This document shows, piece by piece, positions 58,114-64,000 of a DNA stretch of 64,000 nucleotides (the first letter of the stretch is position 1; the number at the start of each line of letters is the position of its first letter). A model generated the notes under the pieces. It did no database searches. It had not been told where the DNA came from and worked only from the letters and a program-made list of their open reading frames with translations. Origin of the DNA: Candidatus Latescibacterota bacterium (GTDB lineage Bacteria; Latescibacterota; UBA2968; UBA8231); contig OZ242318.1 in assembly GCA_965208105.1 (NCBI GenBank), positions 3,168,001 to 3,232,000 on the forward strand. The letters are read 5' to 3'. A program made the translations under genes and the position numbers.

Positions 58114-58580
58114 GAAGAAGGGTGTTTCTTTTCTTCCATTTCGATGGCACTGATCACCTCTTCGGCAGTGGAAGAAGCGATCAGTCTCTTTTTGAAATCG
58201 TCGTTTTTAAGTAGACGCGAGATCCGTGCGAGGGCTTTGATGTGAGGTCCCGAAATATTGGCAGGGGAAACGAGAAGGAAGAAGACGTAGGCGGCCTCCC
58301 CGTCCAGGGCTTCGAATTCAACCCCTCTCCTCTGGGTTCCCAGAGCAGCGGCTAAACGGATCACTGCATCGGACTTGCCGTGAGGTATTGCGATGCCGTC
58401 GCCGATGCCTGTGCTCATGACCTTTTCGCGCTCGAGAACCGCTTTCAGCACCTTGCCTTTGTCGGTGATGACTTTGCCGACTTCCAGGGCGTCGACCAGT
58501 TCCTCGATAATGGCTTCCTTGGTCTCGCCTTTCAGGTCGACGATGGTGGAATTGGGCGAAAGGATTTCCATTAACTTCAT
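58110..58580 (-). CDS. ptsN: PTS IIA (Ntr/fructose-type) protein
   Basis: 'ERE...STGIG.GIAIPHG', 'F.ALDG', 'HIKALARISRLL'. Confidence 0.85.
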   Translation of the reverse strand: MKLMEILSPNSTIVDLKGETKEAIIEELVDALEVGKVITDKGKVLKAVLEREKVMSTGIGDGIAIPHGKSDAVIRLAAALGTQRRGVEFEALDGEAAYVFFLLVSPANISGPHIKALARISRLLKNDDFKKRLIASSTAEEVISAIEMEEKKHPSS

Positions 58581-58809
58581 TGACGATTCTCCGATATGCC
58601 GCGTTTCTCAGAATAATCAGAATAATATGGATATGGCAAGTATTAGTCAACCGTTTCCCCGGGGAGAAAATAAATCGAGACATGAGTGGGTACCTGGCGA
58701 GGAAAGAAAAGGAAAGGCTGGAGGCGGATCAGCCCCAATCGCCATCCTCGGTGCCTTGATTTTGCCGGGGCCAGGCACAGAATATCCGGAGTGCATCTGT
58801 TTGATGAAA

Positions 58810-58839
58810 TTGACGCCCCTCGCCACCAGGGGATATAAT
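58810..58839 (+). promoter_or_regulatory. sigma70 promoter of the glycosyltransferase operon
   Basis: TTGACG-N18-TATAAT about 30 nt before the ATG at 58868. Confidence 0.65.
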
Positions 58840-58867
58840 TAAAGTGACTCCGGATTCTGGATTCACA

Positions 58868-60175
58868 ATGAGGACGCAACCAACAGTCTTGTTCATTGCC
58901 TATCACTATCCGCCGGTCCGTTCGGCGGGGATTGAACGCACTGCCAAATTTCTGCACTACCTGCCCCGGTTTGGCTACAGGACCCGGGTTTTGACGACCT
59001 CTGCCTTTGGAGGAGCGCAGGACGACCAGGTGCTGCGCGCGTGGGAGCCCTTGAAGCTGTACCGCCGACTCTTCAACAATTTTGAAAAGTCGGGAGAGGT
59101 TCCATCTTATGTGCGCACCGACCCGGGTGTATTCAGAGGACTGATCAATGGTCTGCGGCACTGGGTGCTGATTCCCGATGTACAGGCCACATGGCTGCCA
59201 TTTGCCCTGACGCGCGCCTTGCATGCCTTGCGGAGCCGCCCACACCACCTCCTGTACTCTACCTTTCCACCGGCAAGTGCCCACCTTTTGGGTTTGCTGC
59301 TCAAAAGGCTCACCGGTCTTCCCTGGGTAGCGGATTTTCGGGATTCCTGGATCTACGATCCGCTTGATCCAGGGTTGTATGCCATGCCCTTCCGCCGGGC
59401 ATTGGAGCAGCGTTTGGAAGGGGCCGTGGTGCGGGGAGCGAATGCCGTGGTGGCGGCTACGGAGGTGAGTGCGGCTTATTTGCGCCAGACCTATCCCGAA
59501 GCCGCCGGCGCCATGGAAGTCATACCCAATGGCTTTGAGCCCGAGATAGTTGGTCCGGCCAGCTCCGTATCCGGGCAGGACCCGCTGTACATCGTTCATA
59601 CAGGTTCCTTTTCATCCAGCCATCCACGGCGCACGCCGCAGCCGATGCTGACAGCCCTGCAGGGCCTGCTCGACGAAGACCCGGCCTGGGCTCGACGCCT
59701 GCGGCTGGTACTGGTGGGCAACCTCAGCCGCGCCGAGCGCCGGGCTGCAACTCCCCTGGAACAGGCCGGGATCGTGCAGGTCGAAGGACCACAAGGGCCC
59801 GTTGTCGTTTCTGCCTGGCAGAAGCGGGCACATGTTCTGCTGCTGGTGGATCACGTCCGGGACTGGCCCTCTTCCAACGTGCCGACCAAGTTCTACGAGT
59901 ACCTCGGAGCTCGACGTCCAATTCTGGCCCTGTGCGGCCCTGGAATGGTCGAGAGGATGGTCAGGGAATTGAAGGCTGGATTCCACGTGGCAGGAGACGA
60001 TTCCCGGGCCATCCGTCGGGTACTGGTAAAGATCTATGAACTCTTTCGGAGGGATGCACTGAAGGTGGACGTGGACGGGAGAAGGCTGCGCCGGTTTCAC
60101 CGGCGCGATTTGACCCGGGCCCTGGCCCTGTGCTTCGACCGCGTTCTCGAATCTTCGGGTGCGGAGAAGGTATGA
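58868..60175 (+). CDS. glycosyltransferase family 4
   Basis: 'IAYHYPP...AG..R', 'PWVADFRDSW', 'IPNGF', 'HTGS', 'P.KFYEYL'. Confidence 0.9.
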   Translation: MRTQPTVLFIAYHYPPVRSAGIERTAKFLHYLPRFGYRTRVLTTSAFGGAQDDQVLRAWEPLKLYRRLFNNFEKSGEVPSYVRTDPGVFRGLINGLRHWVLIPDVQATWLPFALTRALHALRSRPHHLLYSTFPPASAHLLGLLLKRLTGLPWVADFRDSWIYDPLDPGLYAMPFRRALEQRLEGAVVRGANAVVAATEVSAAYLRQTYPEAAGAMEVIPNGFEPEIVGPASSVSGQDPLYIVHTGSFSSSHPRRTPQPMLTALQGLLDEDPAWARRLRLVLVGNLSRAERRAATPLEQAGIVQVEGPQGPVVVSAWQKRAHVLLLVDHVRDWPSSNVPTKFYEYLGARRPILALCGPGMVERMVRELKAGFHVAGDDSRAIRRVLVKIYELFRRDALKVDVDGRRLRRFHRRDLTRALALCFDRVLESSGAEKV

Positions 60176-61470
60176 TTTCCAGGGCGATGATCCTGGCGAG
60201 GGCAAGGTGGCCGCAGGGATGTCCATGGCCCTGGATTCTTTTTTTCACGGCGCTCAGCGCACGCCTCATATATATCCTCCAGGGGCATGAAGTCCCTCCT
60301 CAGGACACTCCCGACTACGACGAGATTGCATTGAACCTGCTTCGAGGAGAGGGTTTTGTGGCGCGCCAGAACTGGTTCGGATACGAGATGCGTTCATGGC
60401 GCCCGCCTTTCTATCCCTTTTTTCTGGCTTCAATTTACCAGCTGGCAGGCTATAGCCACTTGGCCGTGAAGGTTGCTCAGGCCCTGGTGGGCGCGGGCTC
60501 GGTGGTGCTTGTTTACGAGCTGGCTGGAAAGTTGCGGCCGCAAATCGCACCGACAGCCGGACTTTGCGCCGCCTTCTACGGTCCGCTGGTAGCCAGCGCA
60601 AACGAGGTCATGAGCGAGGTCTGGTTCACCTTCTGGATATTGCTTGCAGCCTGGCGGCTGGTGGGAGCCATGGAAGGCGGCAGGGGAACCAGAGTCAATT
60701 ATCTGGCCGGTGGAGCGGCCATTGGAATGGCAGCCCTGACCCGACCGGTGGGCTTGATTTTTTTCCCGGCGTTTGTCATGACAGCCGTCCTGCGGTTCCG
60801 CCATAGGGCACTGTGCCGAAGTTTCTGGGTGGCGCTTGCGCTCGTGATCGTGGTAATTCCCTGGACATGGCGCAACTATCAGGTTCACGGGGAGTGGGTT
60901 CCCATTTCCACTCACGGGGGATTCATCGTTGGCGGAAGCAACGCGTCGGACCCCGACTGGCGGCAGGACCGGGGCTGGGGCATCGAAAGGACATTTTTTG
61001 AAGAAATCCCCGGAGAAGTGGAGCGCGACCGCCACTGGTACCGACAGGGGGTGGATTTCGCAACCTCCAATCCCGGGGCTTATCTGCGCCTGGCAGGTGA
61101 GCGCTTTTTGCGCTTCTGGTACTTTCTGACCCCGGATTACAATTTCTGGTTCATGTCGGTATTGCCCTTCTTCCTTGCCGGTGTCTACCGCTATTGGAGC
61201 AAGGGGGGGTTCCTGCTGCTGAGCAGTTTTTCAGCTCTGTCTATCTTCGTTTTCACCTTCGTCCTCTACGGGTCGACCCGGTTCCGGCTTCCGCTGGAGC
61301 CCCTGTTTATAATTTTTGCCGCCGCATTTTTGCATCGATACCTGGCCGGCGGTTCCCGGGCAAGGATTGTCGCCTCTTTCATCGTTTGCGCCAACGTTTT
61401 GCTTTTTTCCTTCGATGAAACCTTGCGCACAGTCGTTCTGCATTTTCTACGCGGGTGGGACCTGAAATGA
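60172..61470 (+). CDS. GT-C (family 39/ArnT-like) membrane glycosyltransferase
   Basis: 'DTPDYD.IA.NLL.G.GF', 'RPPFYP.FLA', 'MSE', 'LTRP', 'PWTWRNY', 'RFRLP'. Confidence 0.85.
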   Translation: MISRAMILARARWPQGCPWPWILFFTALSARLIYILQGHEVPPQDTPDYDEIALNLLRGEGFVARQNWFGYEMRSWRPPFYPFFLASIYQLAGYSHLAVKVAQALVGAGSVVLVYELAGKLRPQIAPTAGLCAAFYGPLVASANEVMSEVWFTFWILLAAWRLVGAMEGGRGTRVNYLAGGAAIGMAALTRPVGLIFFPAFVMTAVLRFRHRALCRSFWVALALVIVVIPWTWRNYQVHGEWVPISTHGGFIVGGSNASDPDWRQDRGWGIERTFFEEIPGEVERDRHWYRQGVDFATSNPGAYLRLAGERFLRFWYFLTPDYNFWFMSVLPFFLAGVYRYWSKGGFLLLSSFSALSIFVFTFVLYGSTRFRLPLEPLFIIFAAAFLHRYLAGGSRARIVASFIVCANVLLFSFDETLRTVVLHFLRGWDLK

Positions 61471-62435
61471 GCTCCTTCGAGTCCGAATGCCCCTTGCTGT
61501 CGATCTGCATCCTCAACTGGAATACGGAAGAACTTTTAAAGGACTGTTTAAATTCGGTTTACAACGATTATAGCAAAGGAGAATGGGAGGTTCTGGTCGT
61601 CGACAATGCCTCTGAAGACCACAGTGTCGCAATGGTCGAGGCAGAGTTCCCGCTGGTCCGCCTCATTGTCACCAGGGAGAATGTGGGCTTTGCCAGAGGC
61701 AACAATCTCGCCCTGGAAAAAGCCAGGGGCAAGTATCTGCTGCTGCTCAATCCGGACACCCGGTTGGAGACAGGTTCTGTGGCGAAACTGGTCGCCTTTC
61801 TGGAAAGTCATCCGGAGGTCGGGGTTGCAGGTCCCAAACTCCTGAACGAGGACGGATCGCTGCAGTTATCATGCGGCGTAGCTCCAAGTTTGAGGACCGA
61901 AATCGTCAATAAATTATTGTTGCACAACTTATTCCCCTTCTTTAAATTGGGCCGTTGGAACCACAGCGAAATCCGGGCTGTAGGATGGGTGGCGGGGGCC
62001 TGTTTCATGGTGCGCAGGAGGGTGGTCGAAGAGGTCGGGCCTCTGGATCCGAAAATCTTCATGTGCTACGAGGACCTCGAGTGGTGCATGCGGATCGGCC
62101 AGGCGGGCTGGAAGATTTTCTACTATCCCCGCAGCCGGATTCTCCACTTGGAAGGCCGGAGTATTCAGAAGGATTTCAGGCGAATACTCGTCGTCAGCCA
62201 GCAGAGCCTTTTCTATCTATTTCAGAAGCATTTCAGCCTCTCTCACTTGTACATATTGCGCCTGCTGACGGTGGTGGAAATGGTGTTGCGCATTATGATA
62301 TGGGCTCACTTTTTTCTCCTGTTGCCAGGACGCCGGGAAGAAGGAAGGAAGCGTCTCCATGCCTATGGGGAGATTTTGTTCAGAAGTATTGCGGAAAAAG
62401 CGTATTGGGCGCCTCTAGGAGGTCCCAGGAACTGA
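61467..62435 (+). CDS. glycosyltransferase family 2
   Basis: 'VVDNASED', 'N.GFARGNN', 'LLLNPD', 'GAC.MVR', 'FMCYED.EWC.R'. Confidence 0.92.
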   Translation: MSSFESECPLLSICILNWNTEELLKDCLNSVYNDYSKGEWEVLVVDNASEDHSVAMVEAEFPLVRLIVTRENVGFARGNNLALEKARGKYLLLLNPDTRLETGSVAKLVAFLESHPEVGVAGPKLLNEDGSLQLSCGVAPSLRTEIVNKLLLHNLFPFFKLGRWNHSEIRAVGWVAGACFMVRRRVVEEVGPLDPKIFMCYEDLEWCMRIGQAGWKIFYYPRSRILHLEGRSIQKDFRRILVVSQQSLFYLFQKHFSLSHLYILRLLTVVEMVLRIMIWAHFFLLLPGRREEGRKRLHAYGEILFRSIAEKAYWAPLGGPRN

Positions 62436-62450
62436 ACTTGGAGATATTCC

Positions 62451-63602
62451 TTGGAAGAGCGCATTCAGATATTTAAACCCTGGTTTGAGCAGGATGAATA
62501 CGAGGCTTTGCGCGAGCCGCTTCGAACGGGCTGGTTGGGAACGGGCCCCAAGGTGCATGAATTTGAAATACGCTTTGCTGAATATGTCGGCGTGAAACAC
62601 GCCGTCGCCCTCAATTCGGCTACTGCAGCTCTGCATTTGGCGATGCTGGTTACCGGTGTAGAAGGCAGGGAAGTACTGACTACCTCCATGACCTTTGTGT
62701 CCAGCAATCATGCCATCCGTTACGCCGACGGTTATCCTGTTTTTTGCGATATCGAGGAAGACACCTTGAATTTGGACGCCGGCAAAATAGAGGCGAAGAT
62801 CTCAGAACAGGCGAGGGCGATTCTGGTGGTTCACTACGGAGGCCATGCCTGTGACATGGATCCCATCATCGAAATCGCCCGCAAATTCGACCTGGCTGTA
62901 ATCGAAGACGTCGCCCAGGCTTGTGGAGGCAGCTATCGTGGCCGCAAATTGGGCGGTATAGGGGATATAGGCTGCTTCAGCTTCGAGTCCAAGAAGAATT
63001 TGTCCACAGGCGATGGCGGCATGTTGACGACCAACGACGACATAGTGGCCGAAAGGGTGAGACGCCTGAAGTGGATGGGCATATCACGCGGTACCTGGGA
63101 GCGATTCCACGGCCTGAAGCCCGGTCGGTCCTGGGAATACGACGTGACCGAATTCGGATTCAAATACCAGATGAACGACATCGCCGGTTCACTGGGATTG
63201 GTGCAATTGGGAAAGTTGGACCAGGGCAACGCCATGCGCCGAAAGTTGCTGGACCGCTACCGCGAGGCGTTCGCTCAGTTGGACGGCGTAGAGCTGCTGG
63301 CGCAGAGAGATTACGCAGGAAACGCCTGCTACTCCGCCGTGATTCAGCTGAACGAACGCGATGCTCTGTGTGATTTTCTTGCCGCACGGGGCATCGAATC
63401 CGGAGTGCACTTCTACCCAAGTCACCTGTATTCAATTTACCAACCTTACAATTCGGCTCCACTGCCAGTCACAGAGGCGGTGTGGGAGCGCATCCTGACA
63501 TTGCCACTCTATCCCCAACTGACAGAAGAACAGCAGAATAGAGTCATCGCCGCCGTGAAGAGTTTCTCTGCCGACCGCCGAGAAGTAGCGCAACGGGCGT
63601 AA
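62451..63602 (+). CDS. DegT/DnrJ/EryC1/StrS sugar aminotransferase
   Basis: 'GPKV.EFE', 'NSATAALHLA', 'VHYGG', 'IEDVAQA', 'FSF...KN..TGDGG', 'LTLPLYP'. Confidence 0.93.
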   Translation: MEERIQIFKPWFEQDEYEALREPLRTGWLGTGPKVHEFEIRFAEYVGVKHAVALNSATAALHLAMLVTGVEGREVLTTSMTFVSSNHAIRYADGYPVFCDIEEDTLNLDAGKIEAKISEQARAILVVHYGGHACDMDPIIEIARKFDLAVIEDVAQACGGSYRGRKLGGIGDIGCFSFESKKNLSTGDGGMLTTNDDIVAERVRRLKWMGISRGTWERFHGLKPGRSWEYDVTEFGFKYQMNDIAGSLGLVQLGKLDQGNAMRRKLLDRYREAFAQLDGVELLAQRDYAGNACYSAVIQLNERDALCDFLAARGIESGVHFYPSHLYSIYQPYNSAPLPVTEAVWERILTLPLYPQLTEEQQNRVIAAVKSFSADRREVAQRA

Positions 63603-63640
63603 CCGCTGGATTCCTCCCTGGTCAATCAACTGATTGAAGC

Positions 63641-64000
63641 ATGAAAGTGCTCTTCGTGACGCAATACGGCATGTTGGCGGCGAGCAGTCGAACCCGGGTG
63701 TTTCAGTACCTTCCCTACCTGCAGCGCAAAGGCATTCACACCCGGCAGATTACCGTTTTGCCCGACAGCGGGATCGCCGGGTCGCAGATCCTGGTCACCA
63801 GCAACCGCTGGAGCAAGCTGGCCTATTACCTCTGGGCATCGTACCGCACCTTGATCTGCGGGTTGCAGGCCTGGTGGAATGCCAGATCCTCCGATCTGAT
63901 CTTCGTCCAGAAGGTCATCTTTCCCCTGCCGGTTCGGTGGCTGTTGTGGTGGCGCAGGCCTCCCATGGCCTTTGATTTTGACGACGCGATCTTTTCTTCC
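63641..64000 (+). CDS. glycosyltransferase family 4-like, runs off the window end
   Basis: 'MKVLFVTQYGMLAASSRTRVFQYLPYL...QKV.FP...FDFDDAIF'; no stop before the window end. Confidence 0.8.
   Translation, partial: MKVLFVTQYGMLAASSRTRVFQYLPYLQRKGIHTRQITVLPDSGIAGSQILVTSNRWSKLAYYLWASYRTLICGLQAWWNARSSDLIFVQKVIFPLPVRWLLWWRRPPMAFDFDDAIFSS

Overview
Bacterial chromosomal window with two parts. (1) About 1-21,900 is a visibly AT-richer integrative island anchored at the 3' end of tRNA-Leu(CAA) (21998-22084, minus strand). It carries a P4-type tyrosine integrase, two AlpA regulators, a phage-type replication module (DUF1376/YdaU initiator + DnaB), RadC and P63C, and no virion genes. It also holds a TIGR04255-like / unknown / ART-like three-gene cassette (candidate anti-phage toxin-antitoxin-chaperone system), a ~1.1 kb highly structured non-coding region with a 27-aa type I toxin-like peptide gene, a group II intron remnant, and many decayed IS (IS701, ISKra4, IS481, IS1595, IS256). 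The far end of the island was not found in the window. (2) About 22,100-64,000 is GC-rich core genome: nfeD-nfeD-floA, hrpA, two FKBP PPIases, a sugar-acid-type catabolic cluster, hemF, uxuA, then an aromatic amino-acid supraoperon (trpL attenuator, fused trpE(G), trpG, trpD, trpC, trpS, chorismate mutase, tyrA, degenerate aroA, aroE, argS, aroK, aroB, rimO), a BatA/vWA protein, a PTS IIA protein and the start of a glycosyltransferase cluster. Notable details include an IS1111-type IS110 element whose putative bridge-RNA loops match the end of the MITE it inserted into, a CTT-TAA (+1 frameshift-like) junction between chorismate mutase and tyrA, and a full-length AroA lacking its catalytic residues. 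All family assignments come from recognising motifs by eye; no database searches were run.
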